Notes: generated by a model from the letters alone, not told the origin. 64,000 nt of DNA from an uncultured delta proteobacterium (GCA_963716725.1 CAVQUB010000013.1:128001-192000); one strand, 5' to 3'; counted from the stretch's first letter, positions 1-11,643 are shown. Made by a program: numbers and translations.

Positions 1-681
1 CGCGACCTCCGCGATGTCGGCGTGCGATGGCGTGTCGAGCTCGCGGAACTCGAGCGGAGCGCTCGGGTCGTCGTCCTGATGCACGTACACGCCGTCGAGC
101 ACGAGCGCGTGGAAGTGGACGTTGAGCCGGAGGGCGCTGTCCGCGCGCTGTACGGCCACCACCGCGCCCGTGTGGGCGACCGCCATGCTGCCGAGGCCGA
201 GCTCACGCTTCGCTCGCCAGCGCAGCGAGCGGTCCACCTCAGCCATGAACGCGCTCACGACCTCGGCGCAGAGCTTGCGGTCGTAGCCGAGCAAGGCGCG
301 CAGGCCCCACGGCAGCGAGCAGATCCAGTGACGGATGGGCACGCGCGGCAGGACGCTTTGCTCCAAGTGGACGGCGGTGTCCGCCATCCGACGACCGAGG
401 CAAGAGGGGCAGAATCCCCTCTTCTTGCAGCTCAGCGCCACCAGCTCGGAGTACCCGCATTTGCGGCAAACCAGATGCAGACAGCCCCGCTCCAGCCGCC
501 CGCAGCGAAGGTACTCCTCGAACTCCTTCACCACGAAGCGCGGCAAGCCGCCGTGCTCTTCGGCGCGCTCGAGGAACTTCGGCCAGTGCGCTTCGACCGT
601 CTGATAGAGCACGGTGCTCTCCGGCCGGTGACGGAGACGCGACCGCTCGGGCTTGGGGAAGGCGTGCGCGGGGTGGCCCAC
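1..681 (-). mobile_element. IS91-family (Y2/HUH rolling-circle) transposase, 5' part; runs off the window
   Basis: Manual minus-strand translation from GTG 681: RHRPESTVLYQTV...EFEEYLRCGRLERG...CRKCG...ALSCKKRGFCPSC (Zn-binding domain)...LNVHFHALVLDGVY (HUH motif). Not in the ORF track because it has no stop in the window. Confidence 0.9.
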
Positions 682-915
682 GTCACGGGCGCATCAGCGA
701 GCGGCGTGCCAGCGGGATGAGGGCAAAAACCCGCTGGATTTGCCCCTCGCGAGGTGGCGAAGTGGCGAAGTCAGGTGGCGGTCGGCGACCATGGGCGCGG
801 GGGCGCTCCTTGGAGTCGAGGTCGGCGGCTCGCCCGCCCCGACCGACCCGGTCAGTCGAGAGGCAGCCCGAAGGCACCACCATCCAGGTCGGCCTCGACG
901 GCGAGACGTTCACGT

Positions 916-1455
916 TCACGGCGTGAGGGTGGGCGCTCGCGGAACCGACGGGCCCGACGGTGTGCGCGGTCGCGCAGACCGCATGTACTTCTGCACCGTT
1001 CGCTTGGCGACGTGGATGCCGAGTTTCAAGAGCTCTCCGCGGATGCGCTCCGCGCCCCAGAGCCGGTTGTCGCGTGCCATCGCCCGAATGAGCTCGATGG
1101 TCTCCGGCTTCACGCGGGGCTCCGTTGACCTGCGACGCAGCGACTTCCAGCGCCAGAAGAGCCGAAACCCGTGACGGTGCCAGCGCGTGATCGTTTCGGG
1201 TCGCACGAGCAAGAGCGCGTTCGCCCAGTGACGTGCGAAAGCGGCGAAGAATACGATGAGTCCACGCTCGTACCCTCGGAACTTCGGGCGCGTGACGGCG
1301 CGTGCGGCCACGATGAGCTGCTGGCGGAGCAGCGCGTTCTCGACCAGGAGCTCCTCGCGTGATCGGAACGCATCGACCGCCAGGCCGATCAGCACTGGCC
1401 TGGGTCGCGCCGCTTCCCGCGCGACCGCCCGACCTCGGGCGAGCAGCCCGGCCAC
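916..1455 (-). pseudogene. N-terminal fragment of an integrase-core (DDE) IS transposase
   Basis: ENALLRQQL...VRPETITRWHRHGFRLFWRWKS...MARDNRLWGAERIRGELLKLGIHV; catalytic core missing, ends next to the IS91 element. Confidence 0.8.
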
Positions 1456-1499
1456 GGCGCCGGCGTGGCCGCAGTTTGAAACGATGACCCAACACCACG

Positions 1500-1901
1500 A
1501 TGCACGAGATCCAGCCCGTGGGCTCTGTTCGCGTGCTCGAGCCCGCGAACGCCGAGCTCGCGCCAGTCGCGCACAGCGGAGCCAATCCGTCGCCTTCGTC
1601 TGCCCTTCGTCGTGGGATGCCAGTGAACGTCGTTTGGACCGACGGGCGCAGCTATCCCCCAGTCGTCTCGACCTGGGATGCGCGCGGAGTTGTCGTCGCC
1701 TTCCCGAACGGCCAAACGAACATGGTTCCGCTCAGGGCGGTACGCTTGCGCGGACCCGAGTTCGACGTGCGCAGCACGGTCGTTGTCCAAAGCCGGGTCA
1801 TCGAACGGCAGACCATGGTAATTAGGTGCAAACACTGCGGCGAGATCACCGCACTTGATGGATCGCGTTGCCGGAATTGCGGCTCACCAAGCTTCAAATA
1901 G
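1500..1901 (+). CDS. Hypothetical protein with C-terminal double CxxC zinc ribbon
   Basis: CKHCG...CRNCGS at the C terminus. Confidence 0.6.
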   Translation: MHEIQPVGSVRVLEPANAELAPVAHSGANPSPSSALRRGMPVNVVWTDGRSYPPVVSTWDARGVVVAFPNGQTNMVPLRAVRLRGPEFDVRSTVVVQSRVIERQTMVIRCKHCGEITALDGSRCRNCGSPSFK

Positions 1902-1909
1902 GTGCCGTA

Positions 1910-2226
1910 TCACTTCGCCACTTTCATTGCCGTCCCCGCGCCCTGGTCCGTCCAGTACACGGCGGCGGTGTCCAGCGCGACGAACATCGGGTCGGACTGC
2001 CCAGACGCGAGTTCCTCGACCGCACCGCCGGAGATCTTCACGCGGCGAATCGCTCCTGCCTGGCGCGAGGCCCAGTAGACGTGTGTGGCGTCCACGGCAA
2101 CACCGGCGGGCTCCTGCTGCGACGACGCGAGCGTCGTGTGCGTGGCACCGGGAGCGAGCGCGCCTGTGGTGATGGTCTGGTAGCCCCCGACTCGCGACAT
2201 GTACCAGGTGCTGGAGTAGTCAATCG
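1910..2226 (-). pseudogene. C-terminal remnant of a beta-propeller repeat protein truncated by IS DNA
   Basis: Repeats PAGVAVDATHVYW and PMFVALDTAAVYWTD; 5' part replaced by IS sequence from 2227. Confidence 0.65.
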
Positions 2227-2811
2227 GCATTCTGTACGTGCTCGTCATCGTTTCGCACGAGCGCAGGCGCGTCGTGTACTTCAACGTCACCTCGAGCCCG
2301 TCGGCGCAGTGGACTGCGCAGCAGGTGGTCCAGGCCTTTCCATTCGACACGGCCCCCAGGTTTCTCATCCGAGACCGACGCGCTTCGCGACGACCCTGGG
2401 AAGTCCCTGGCGAGGGATACCCGAAGGGGTGCGACAGCATTTACGGCGCGTTCCTGCGAAAGCGCATCGGCAATCTCGGAATCGAGGAAGTGCTCACGGC
2501 CTACCGCTCGCCGTGGCAAAATCCATACTGCGAGCGCTGGATCGGGACGGCTCGTCGCGACTGTCTCGACCACGTGATCATCTGGAACGAGGCCCACCTG
2601 CGACGGACGCTCCATGAATTTCTCAGCTACTACCACGCGGATCGGACGCACCAGGGCCTCGCCAACGACTGCCCGGAGTCGCGTCCCGTCGAGCCTCGCT
2701 CGGTAGGTCGCGTCGTCGAGCTTCCGAGGGTCGGCGGATTGCACCACCGATACACGAGACTCGCAGCGTGATCACGATTCTGCCGGCGAAGTTGGGTTTT
2801 CACCACCCACA
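2227..2811 (+). mobile_element. 3' remnant of an integrase-core IS (copy 1), including the terminus ...GGGTTTTCACCACCCACA
   Basis: ORF 2238-2771 (SPWQNPYCERWIGTARRDCLDH...GGLHHRY); near-identical to the inverted copy at 11030-15140, and identity stops at ACA 2811. Confidence 0.85.
2377..2430 (+). repeat. 54-nt in-frame hairpin insert inside the transposase RDRD motif
   Basis: Splits IRDR|DSIYG with an 18-codon insert (RASRRPWEVPGEGYPKGC); also present at 14728-14781. Confidence 0.8.
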
Positions 2812-2933
2812 ACCCGCCAGCGCGGCCGGACCAGTCAGGTGCCGCGAGAGGCTTGGCGGAACGCTCCGCTACTACCCCCGAGACGCGGCGTGACCGAGGG
2901 ATCCGGTTGTGGAACAGTACGAGAGCGTGAGTT

Positions 2934-3011
2934 CTGGACGGCCAGGAGGACTCGTGCATCGTTCAGTACCTCGGCGCGGCCCCGGAGTGACGACGGCGAT
3001 GTTCGGCAGCC
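2934..3011 (+). repeat. ~78-bp imperfect direct repeat of 8534-8611 (3' end of a paralogous gene)
   Basis: CTGGACGGCCAGGAGGACTCGTGCATCGTTCAGT...GGAGTGACGA...TTCGGCAGCCG at both sites. Confidence 0.85.
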
Positions 3012-3208
3012 GCTCGCCCATTTCCTCCGCGCGCGCTGATTGTGCGTGTTTCGCGCAAGCGCTCAGGTCCCGACGCCGCGCCTCTCCCACCTCGGCACAC
3101 CCGCTCGCACGAAAATGCGAAGCGCTTCGCCGGCGGCATTGCGCCGCGCGCGGGCCTGCTTGAAACTCCATGCCAGGGCGCGACACGGGGCAACGCGGAG
3201 GGCGGACG

Positions 3209-6200
3209 ATGACGCAGCACGCAGCACGCAGCACGCAGCACGCAGCACGGACACCGCACCCGCCGCGCGTTGGCGGTGGCGCTGTTCGCAGCCGGCCTCG
3301 CGCACGCGGCATGCTCGCACGGTCCCGAATCGTCAGGGCGCGCTGCCGCGGCGGTCATCTACGGGACTGACGACCGGAAGAACTTGACGGATCCCAGCGT
3401 CACCGCAGCTGCGCGTGGCTGGGCAGATGCCGTCGGCGTGATGGCGGGCCTGCCAGCCAAGGTGGTTTCAGGGAAGTTCCCGAAGAACGCGTTGTGTATC
3501 GAAACCGCCTCCCCCGATGCCTGTTACCTGAACCTCGCGCGCGCCACCAAGGGAGCCCTGCTCGTCAACGAAACGACCAAGAAGAGCTACGGACTCTGCT
3601 CGGACGAGAAGTTCGCGGAAGAGGCCTTTTTGACCGCGGAGGGAGCGTGCACGGTGTTTCGTCTGCCCCAGCTGTCAACCGGCGAAGAGCTGTTCGCCAC
3701 TGCCGGGCACTGCCTCAAGCCGACCGGTGCCCCCCAGTCCGATCCTGCCCGCGAGTGCAAAGACGTGGAGTTTGCGTTCGGTTTCCAGGTGCGGTCGTTC
3801 GCGACGGAGCATCCGGTCGAGGCGATTCCATTCTGGCTGCGGAGAAAGTGGGACGTCTACAAGTGCAAGGAGGTGGTCGCGCGCGCGGAGCCGCTGCTGA
3901 ATTCCACTTCTGGCGACAAGTCCGACTTCACGTTGTTCAAGGCGGATCGGGTCGTCCGAGGTCGCCGCAGGCTCGACGTCCGACGAACCAACACTCTCGC
4001 GCTCGGCCAGCAGACGACCCTCGCCGGCCACGGCGCGGGGTTCCCGCTCAAGGTCACGCAAACGGGAGTCGTCAAGTTCATCGATCCGACGGCGAACACG
4101 TTCTCGTTCTCGGGCGACGCGCTCCAGGGCGACAGCGGCGGTCCGGTGATCGACGCTTCGACGGGCCTCGTCACCGGGATCCTGGCAGCAGTCCCAAAGA
4201 ACATCGATCACTTCTACCTGGATGCCACAGCGAACTGCGCGCGAGTCGGCCCGAAGCCACCGTGCAGCAACTCGACAGGGTGCCCAGGATCGGGCTACTT
4301 CACCACCGCGACGGACATCATGGAAGTCGGCAACGTGCCGAGTCTTCCAACCAACCCGACGCTGTTCGCCGATCTCGATGGTGACAGCGCAGCGGACACG
4401 GTGTCGTTCGTCCCGGGCGTTCTCTTCTGGTCGATCAAAGCGCAATTCTCATCCGGCAAGGTCGGACTCCCGATCCCGACGCTGATCCCCGCTTGGGTCC
4501 CGCTCGGCCAGGTTGCGGCTGCGGCCCACATCGGCGACTTCAACGGGGATGGCGTCCACGACATCATCGTTCAGTTTCCGGGCTACCCGACGGTCTACAT
4601 CGAGGGCGTGGATCTCGCCAAGCTGCTCACGGATCCGTTCGCCGTGTCCCAGGCGTTCTTCGGCATGGACCAGTACGCCGGCACGCTGGTCGGCGACTTC
4701 AACTCCGACGGACTCGACGACGTGCGCGCGTTCAGCACGTCCGGGACCCACGCGGACGTGCTCATGGGAACGCCATCGGCCGACCCCGGCAAGAGCGCTG
4801 CGTTCCCCGGGGGCCTGGCACCGAGCATCGAAATCCCTCCGGAGTGCGGCAACGAGTACCCCTACGTCGTGCCTGGCAACCACAGCGCGATGTTCCCCGG
4901 GCTCACCGCCTACCAGGCCACCCGCGGCGTCGCGGTGGTCCCCGGGAGCCTGGTGGGCGTGTCGGATCCGACGCTCCTGGTCATCGACTGTCCCGGCGCA
5001 ACGAAGCTGAACCGCCTGAAGTTGCTCGACCCGCTGACGGGACAGGTTCGGAAGACCGTCACCATGTCGGGCACCTCGGAGTGGCGGGCGTTCGCGTACC
5101 GCGCGTCGAAGCAAGATTTGATCGCTCTGCGGAGCGCGAACGATCCGACGAAGAACTATGAGGTGGTCCGGATCGGGCTCTCCTCATCCGGCTCGGCAAC
5201 CACGACCGTCCTGGCCACGCGCGCGCAGGGCGGGATCGCAACCGGCGTCGCCTGGGACGACGCCAACAGCCAAATCGGCGTGCTGGTCACCAACGCGTGC
5301 TTCGCCCCAGGCTACGCCTGCGGCGACGATCGCATCGACTACTTCGCCGAGAGCGCGCCCGGGTCGTGGCCCTATCAGCACCTGAGCAAGCTGTCCCAGA
5401 AGGTGTGCTCGGAGAGCTACTCGAAGCCCTGGACCGTAGAGCCCTCTGGCCTGATCATGAGCGGCTCCGCGGAGCTGCTGGCCTGCAACCGCCGCTGGGC
5501 CATCGGCGTCAGCTACCGCTCCGCGCGAGCGAAGCTGGTCTCGAACGAGATCCCCAGCAACGCGGTCACGCCGTGGCAACCGGCGCTGCACCTGCACGAC
5601 GTCGAGTGTGACACGAAGACTTATGCGTCCGTCTTCCAGACCGTGGTGTGGGGTGTCTCGCAGAGCGGCCGGGTGCTGCGCGCCCTGCCCGTGAGCTCTT
5701 CGGATTGCGGGTTCGGTGGCCAAGCGCCATCGACCTCGAAGTGCATCGTCGGCGAAAGCGGCGTGTCGCCCCCCGTCGGGGATCACGAAGCGCGTCGCGT
5801 CGCGGTGGGTGGTTCGAGCACGCTGTTCGTCTCCGGCGACGGCACCGTGCGCGGCGCGGGCGACAACACCCATGGCCAACTCGCGCTGCCGGCGGGGGCG
5901 AACGTCTCGACGGCGACGCCAGTGCCCGGCTACGCCGGAGCGACTGATGTCGCGATGGGCGCGGGCCACTCGCTCGCCGTTTTCAGCAACGGCGCGGTGA
6001 AGGCCGCGGGCTCCAACTCCTCGGGCCAACTGGGGCGCAATGACGTGGCCGAGACGGACATGCCCACGCCGGTCGCGGGGCTCCCGGCCATCGGCACCGT
6101 GGCGACGGGCGACGACTTCTCCCTCGCGCTCGCCAGTGACGGGAGCGTCTGGGCCTGGGGTGCCAACGACGCGGGTCAGCTCGGCGACGGAACGCGCACC

Positions 6201-8590
6201 TCGCGCTCCGTGCCCGTGCGGGTTCGCGGGTTGGAGAGCATGTCGAGTCACTTCTCCCTGAGCTTCGGCAGCTTCGGATCTGCGGACGGTCAGTTCAATC
6301 AGCCCCGAGGTGTGGCCACCGACGCCGGCAGCGTCTTCGTGGCCGACCAGACCAACCGGGTGCAACGATTCCTTCCGGACGGCACGCTCACCGCGGTCTT
6401 CGGCTCGACGGGCACCGGCCCCGGCGAGTTCCAGGGATTCCGCCGGATTGCACGCGGCGGCGCGGCGCGATGGCACCGCGCTCTACGTCCTCGACCCCGT
6501 CGCCATCGAGATTCAAAAGTTCTCGCTCGCTCCCCAGGCCCAAAGCTGTCCGCCGGGGACGGTCGAAGTGGCGTCGTCGGGCGCTCGCGTCTGCTTCGTG
6601 ACGCGTTGGGGACACCCTGGGTCCGGAGACGGAGCCCTGGCGAACCCGAGCGGGCTCGCCGTCGGCACAGACGGCGAGGTGTTGGTCGCCGACGCCGGCA
6701 ACAACCGAGTCCAGCGTTTCGTGCATGTGACACTGTCGTCGGCCTGTCCTGTGGGCACCTCCGAAGTTTCCGCCGCGGGGGCGGAGCGGACCTGCGCCGC
6801 TGGTCACTTCGGCAGCGCGGGCGCCGGCGATGGCCAGCTCTCAGGACCGCGAGCTGTCGCCTGCGATCCCGACACCTCGGCCGTGTACGTCGCCGACACG
6901 GGGAACCATCGCATCCAGCGCTTCTCCAAGGAGGGGACGTTTCTCGGGAAGTGGGGCTCCTTCGGCACCGCCACCGGGCAGTTCGACCTGCCAGTGGACG
7001 TCGATGTCGATGACCTCGGCCGCGTCATCGTCACCGAGGCGGGCGGCAAGCGCGCGCAGATGTTCACCGCGGGTGGCGCGCCGCTCGCGGTGCTTGGCGG
7101 CCCGGGAGCGGGAAACGGCCAGTTCACGTCGCCAATCGGTGCTGCAATGCTGGGCTCCCGAATCTTCGTCGCCGACGCCCATCAGCACCGCGTGCAGGCC
7201 TTCGACGTGTCGGGTCAAGCAGGCGTCGTGCAAATCGCGGCGGGAGGTCGCCATGCGCTGGCCCTGCGCGCCGACGGCGGCGTGTGGGCCTGGGGCGCCG
7301 ACGACTTCGGCCAACTCGGCGTCGGGGGCGCCGCGCCCGCTTCATCCACCGCTCCTGTTCGCGTGGTCGATCCCTTCGCCTCCGACGGCTTCTTGTCCGC
7401 CGCCGAGGTCGCTGCTGGCGCCCGTCACTCACTCGCCACGAAAGCTGACGGATCGGTCCGCGCTTGGGGCAGCAACTCCGAAGGTCAACTGGGCGACGGA
7501 ACGACCACGGACCGCAACGTCCCCACCGACGTGCTGGCCGCGACGGACGTCAGATCGGTGCGCGCCGGCACCGCGCACTCGGTCGCGCTCACCTCGCTCG
7601 GGCGCGTGCTGGCGTGGGGGGCGAACTCCCGTGGCCAGCTCGGCGACGGGACGTTTGCGAGTCGGGCCGTGGCCTCCGAGGTTCGTGCGCCGTGCAGCCC
7701 GACGGGGATACTTCGCAACGCGACCGCCATCGAGGCGGGCTCGAACCACGTGATCGCGATCGGCAGTCTCTGGGGGTGGGGCGACGACTCGCAGGGGCAG
7801 TTTGGGGACGGCGGGTTGTCCGAGCTCAGCCCGGTGGCCATCCCGATGGCGTTTTCGACTGCGCCAGACTGTGGTGCAGCAGTCGTGTCTCCGGCGACGA
7901 TCTGGCCACCCAACGGCGCTCTGGTCGGTGTGAATATCACCGGAGTGACGGGCGGCGACGGCGCGCTCGAAGTCGAGGTCACGGAGGTGCAGCAGGACGA
8001 GCCCGAGTCCGCTCCTGGCCAAGGCCAGGCGGATCCCGACGCGGTGATCGGCGGCGCGGGCTTTCCGGTGCGCGTCCGCGCCGAGCGCTCGGGCAAGGGC
8101 GATGGCCGGGTGTATCACCTGGGATTCACTGCGCGAGACGCCGCCGGTCGCGAGTGCAGGGGAAACGTCCGAGCGTGCGTGCCGCACCACGCCGGAGCGG
8201 GATGCGGTGACAGTGGACCTCAATGGGACTCCACGGATTCTCGGGGGCAACGCGATCTGCGACGCGGCGGAGCCGTCGATCCTCGGTGATTGCCAGGGCT
8301 GCATCAGCTCACGTTGCTGCGCGGAGCTTCGGGGCTGCCTTCCGCCCGACCCGTGCACGCTCGGCGGCCCGGTGGGCGAAGGCGAGCTCGCGTGCATCAC
8401 GAACTGCTTGGCTCTCGCCTTCTACAGTGACCAACCGCTGGGAGCCGCGCGACTGGAGTGCGCGAGCGCATGCAGCAAGCCACGACCCAAGCCGAGCGCC
8501 GCCACGACCGCGTTGCTCTCCTGCATGCTGGGGCTGGACGGCCAGGAGGACTCGTGCATCGTTCAGTGCCTCGGCGCACCCCTGGAGTGA
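3209..8590 (+). CDS. Giant secreted or lipo-protein: trypsin-like serine protease + FG-GAP-like + RCC1 repeats + NHL repeats + Cys-rich tail; split by frameshifts
   Basis: Triad motifs TAGHC / SDF / GDSGGP; GDFNGDG; WAWGANDAGQLGDG (RCC1); GQFNQPRGVA, VADTGNHRIQRF (NHL). ORFs 3270-7013, 6310-8289 and 8102-8590 join by +1 shifts near 6435 and 8237. Confidence 0.8.
3214..3248 (+). repeat. (GCAGCAC)5 heptamer tandem repeat
   Basis: Five perfect copies directly after ATG 3209. Confidence 0.95.
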
Positions 8591-8592
8591 CG

Positions 8593-9429
8593 ATGGCGAC
8601 TTTCGGCAGCCGTGCGCGGGCGTTGCTCGTAGTGGCCGTGGCCGTGGCCTCGGCGTGCGCCGGCGGCGCCACGCCACGGGGCGCGCGGCCGCTGGTGCCG
8701 CCGCCGGCTCCGACGGTGCCACCACCACCGGTCGTCGCCAAGCGAGAGCCGAGGCCCACTCCGACACCGCCCACCGACGAGTTTCCCTACGTCGGCATCT
8801 TCAACGGCTACGTCCAGGCCTTCCGCGAGGAACAGATCGACGATGAGTGGGTGAAGCCGACCGAGGCGACGCTGAGGTCGCAGCTCACCGAGCTCGACCC
8901 GAACGTGGTGAGGGTGCCCCTGCTCGAGTGCCGCTGCGGGCTCTGCATGCTGGGCTACATCATCGCCCCGGCGGGAGAGGGAAGAAATCCGCAACCCGGA
9001 GTGGATCTGCCCGCAGTGCGCTGGTCCGGGTACGAGAAGCACATGCGCGGCATGCGCGCGGACGGATGGGCCGAGGGGCTGGCCTTCCTCGGCCGGCACC
9101 CGAAGGACTCACCCAGCTCCTCGCCTCGAGTGCGCTCGACGGACAGTCCTTGGAATGATCCCGGCTGCGCGGGCGCGCGGCCATTTCCCCCGACCTGGGA
9201 GGGGATCAGCAGGTCCAACTGGTCGGGTATCGGAATCAACCGGATGTACCTCCCGGAGAAGGGGTGCCCGTGCCTTTGCGGGAAACTGAACTCAGACGCC
9301 CGCCCCGGGTGCTGGTTTCAATCGGGAGGGTTCGTCTTCTGCGGGGAGCTCTCTTTCACTGACCGCGGCATCCCCAAGATCGCGGGCGACTGGTCTTGCC
9401 AGAGTTCCTCACCTGCCCCGCCGAAGTGA
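8593..9429 (+). CDS. Hypothetical lipoprotein with Pro-rich linker
   Basis: Signal peptide ending ASAC; starts 2 nt after the upstream stop. Confidence 0.6.
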   Translation: MATFGSRARALLVVAVAVASACAGGATPRGARPLVPPPAPTVPPPPVVAKREPRPTPTPPTDEFPYVGIFNGYVQAFREEQIDDEWVKPTEATLRSQLTELDPNVVRVPLLECRCGLCMLGYIIAPAGEGRNPQPGVDLPAVRWSGYEKHMRGMRADGWAEGLAFLGRHPKDSPSSSPRVRSTDSPWNDPGCAGARPFPPTWEGISRSNWSGIGINRMYLPEKGCPCLCGKLNSDARPGCWFQSGGFVFCGELSFTDRGIPKIAGDWSCQSSSPAPPK

Positions 9430-9528
9430 CCTTCGAGCCGTGCCGCGGCGGTTCGCACGCGAGCGCTGCCTGATGACACCCTCGCTCGCCCCGAGCGAAC
9501 ACAACTGCACCAGTCTCGCAAAGGCGCA

Positions 9529-9606
9529 CGTCTTCCCCATTCGGGCAAAGCCCGAATCGGGGGAAGACCGACGCCGCAAAGCGGCGGCGAGTTGGGGCAG
9601 GAAGAG
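9529..9606. repeat. Double-hairpin palindromic repeat, copy 1
   Basis: GTCTTCCCC-ATTCGGGC-AAA-GCCCGAAT-C-GGGGGAAGAC followed by CGCCGC-AAA-GCGGCG; second copy at 16669-16748. Confidence 0.85.
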
Positions 9607-10090
9607 AGCCGGAGGACGCGGTGCCCGAGCCGCGCGAGTTTGCGGTCGCGCGAGGCAGGCGCGCCTTCGCACCTGAGGGCTCTTTCCGCGGCAGGGACTG
9701 TCGTCTGGGTCGTGACCAAGAACACCGGACTCGAAGCAGAACCCCGGGGGAGCTCTGGAGGCGCCAAGGAGCGGGTGAATGGGAGCTGGTTCCGGTCCCA
9801 GACTTCGCCGAGTACCCGCGTTGGGCACGGGGCCCGACCGACGTGGTCGCCTTGACTCGGGACGACGTCTGGCTCGTGGCCTCGGGCCGCGTGTTGCACA
9901 CGCGCCTGGGGACGGGCCCGATTCAGGAGATCGCGTCCGACGCGTTCGCAGCCCATTGACGCAGCGGCTATCGAGCCGCGCGTTTGAAAGCATCAGCTCG
10001 GGTCGTCTTCGCCATGGACCGGCCCGAGCAGCCGGGTGCGCGTCGGTCAGCCCCCGAGCCGCGGGTGCACGTCTCAATCGTCACGCGACC

Positions 10091-10345
10091 ATGCGCGAAG
10101 CATGGCTCGACTGCGCGTGCTATCTTCCGTCCGTGTCCCAAGACGTAACAGCCTGGCTGGCGGGGCGACGCAGCGTTGCCGAGTACGAGCGAGAGGAAGC
10201 CCGCCGGGCGACTACGAGCCAGAGGCTTCACGCGCTGGCTTCATTGATGGCCTCGGTGGACGCGATGGACCTGCGACATGAGCTCGAGCACGGGGACGAC
10301 ACCATTCGCGCGCGCTGGAACACGCTCCGGCAGCGCCTCGGTTGA
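10091..10345 (+). CDS. Small helical protein, putative antitoxin partner of the downstream nucleotidyltransferase
   Basis: Short ORF whose TGA overlaps the next ATG (TGATG at 10343-10347); start uncertain. Confidence 0.6.
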   Translation: MREAWLDCACYLPSVSQDVTAWLAGRRSVAEYEREEARRATTSQRLHALASLMASVDAMDLRHELEHGDDTIRARWNTLRQRLG

Positions 10346-10929
10346 TGGCGATGTCAGAGCCGATGGCCCCTCTCGTCGAGGCCGCGGCGAGGGCGCTCGG
10401 GCTTCTGAACGAATTGGGCGTTCCCGCGGCGATCGTCGGCGGCTTCGCCGTCGCGGTCCGTGCGCGTCCGCGGCTCACCAAGGACATCGACTTGGTGGCG
10501 ATGGCAGAACTCGATCGACTGGGCGAGCTCGCGACTGCCGCGTTGCGCGCCGGTTTCTCGCTTCGTCGCGACGACGCAGTCGAGTTTGCGCGAACGACCC
10601 GCGTGCTTCTCCTGCGCCACGACTCGAGCGGGATCGACGTTGACATCAGCCTCGGCGCGCTTCCGTTCGAGCGGGATCTGGTCGAGCTCGCGACCAGGGT
10701 CCAGATTCTGAACACGACGCTGGTCATCGCGCGCGGCGAAGACCTCGTCATCATGAAAGCGCTTGCGCTGCGCCCGCGAGACATCGCCGACATCGAAGGG
10801 CTGGTGGAGCTCTGCGAGGGAATGGACCTCTCGCGCATTCGGCGGGTGGTGGGCGAGTTCACGACCGCGCTGGAGGACGCGGACTTCGCAGGAGAACTCG
10901 AGGCGATCTTCAAGCGCCTGGGGCGATGA
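10345..10929 (+). CDS. Pol-beta-superfamily nucleotidyltransferase (AbiEii-like TA component)
   Basis: IVGGFAV...RPRLTKDIDL; EDLVIMKALALRPRDIADI. Confidence 0.8.
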   Translation: MAMSEPMAPLVEAAARALGLLNELGVPAAIVGGFAVAVRARPRLTKDIDLVAMAELDRLGELATAALRAGFSLRRDDAVEFARTTRVLLLRHDSSGIDVDISLGALPFERDLVELATRVQILNTTLVIARGEDLVIMKALALRPRDIADIEGLVELCEGMDLSRIRRVVGEFTTALEDADFAGELEAIFKRLGR

Positions 10930-11029
10930 TGCGATGGGGATCGCGCGCGCTCGCGCGCCGGCGAGAGAGGCGGTATCTACGGTGCCATGGTCCGATGGCC
11001 GTCGAAGATGGATGTTGCACGATGCTCCG

Positions 11030-11467
11030 TGTGGGTGGTGAAAACCCAACTTCACCGGCAGAATCGTGCTCACGCTGCGAGTCTCGTGTATCGGTGGTGC
11101 AATCCGCCGACCCTCGGAAGCTCGACGACGCGACCTACCGACGACCCTGGGACGACCCTGGGAAGTGCCCGGAGGGGCAAGTCCCTGACGAGGGAGCGAG
11201 GCTCGACGGGACGCGACTCCGGGCGGTCGTTGGCGAGGGCGTGGTGCGTCCGATCCGCGTGGTAGTAGCTGAGAAACTCATGAAGCGTCGGTCGCAGGTG
11301 GGCCTCGTTCCAGATGATCACGTGGTCGAGACAGTCGCGACGAGCCGTCCCGATCCAGCGCTCGCAGTATGGGTTTTGCCACGGCGAGCGGCAGGCCGTG
11401 AGCACTTCCTCGATTCCGAGATCGCCGATGCGCTTTCGCAGGAACGCGCCGTAAATGCTGTCGCACC
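11030..11467 (-). mobile_element. Integrase-core IS copy 2, 3' part with terminus TGTGGGTGGTGAAAACCC
   Basis: Inverted near-identical copy of 2431-2811 carrying an extra 54-nt insert. Confidence 0.85.
11141..11194 (+). repeat. Second 54-nt in-frame insert, absent from IS copy 1
   Basis: Copy 1 (reverse complement) reads CGACCTACCG|AGCGAGGCTC; here 54 nt separate the two halves. Confidence 0.85.
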
Positions 11468-11643
11468 TGTAGTTTCCCACGCTCTTCCCCCGCCCGAATC
11501 CCGGGCATTTTCGTGATGCCCTCGGGGTGGTTTCCCGGAGTGCGGTGGTCGAGTGGGCGTGGCGAGGTGGTGGCAGAAAGGGAGCGGCCCGACGGAGACG
11601 TGGATCTCCGCCGGGCCTTGTGGACCGTCGCCGGGCGCTGGGC

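Noticed and set aside
22..720. 232-aa plus-strand ORF
   Set aside because: Shadow of the minus-strand IS91 transposase.
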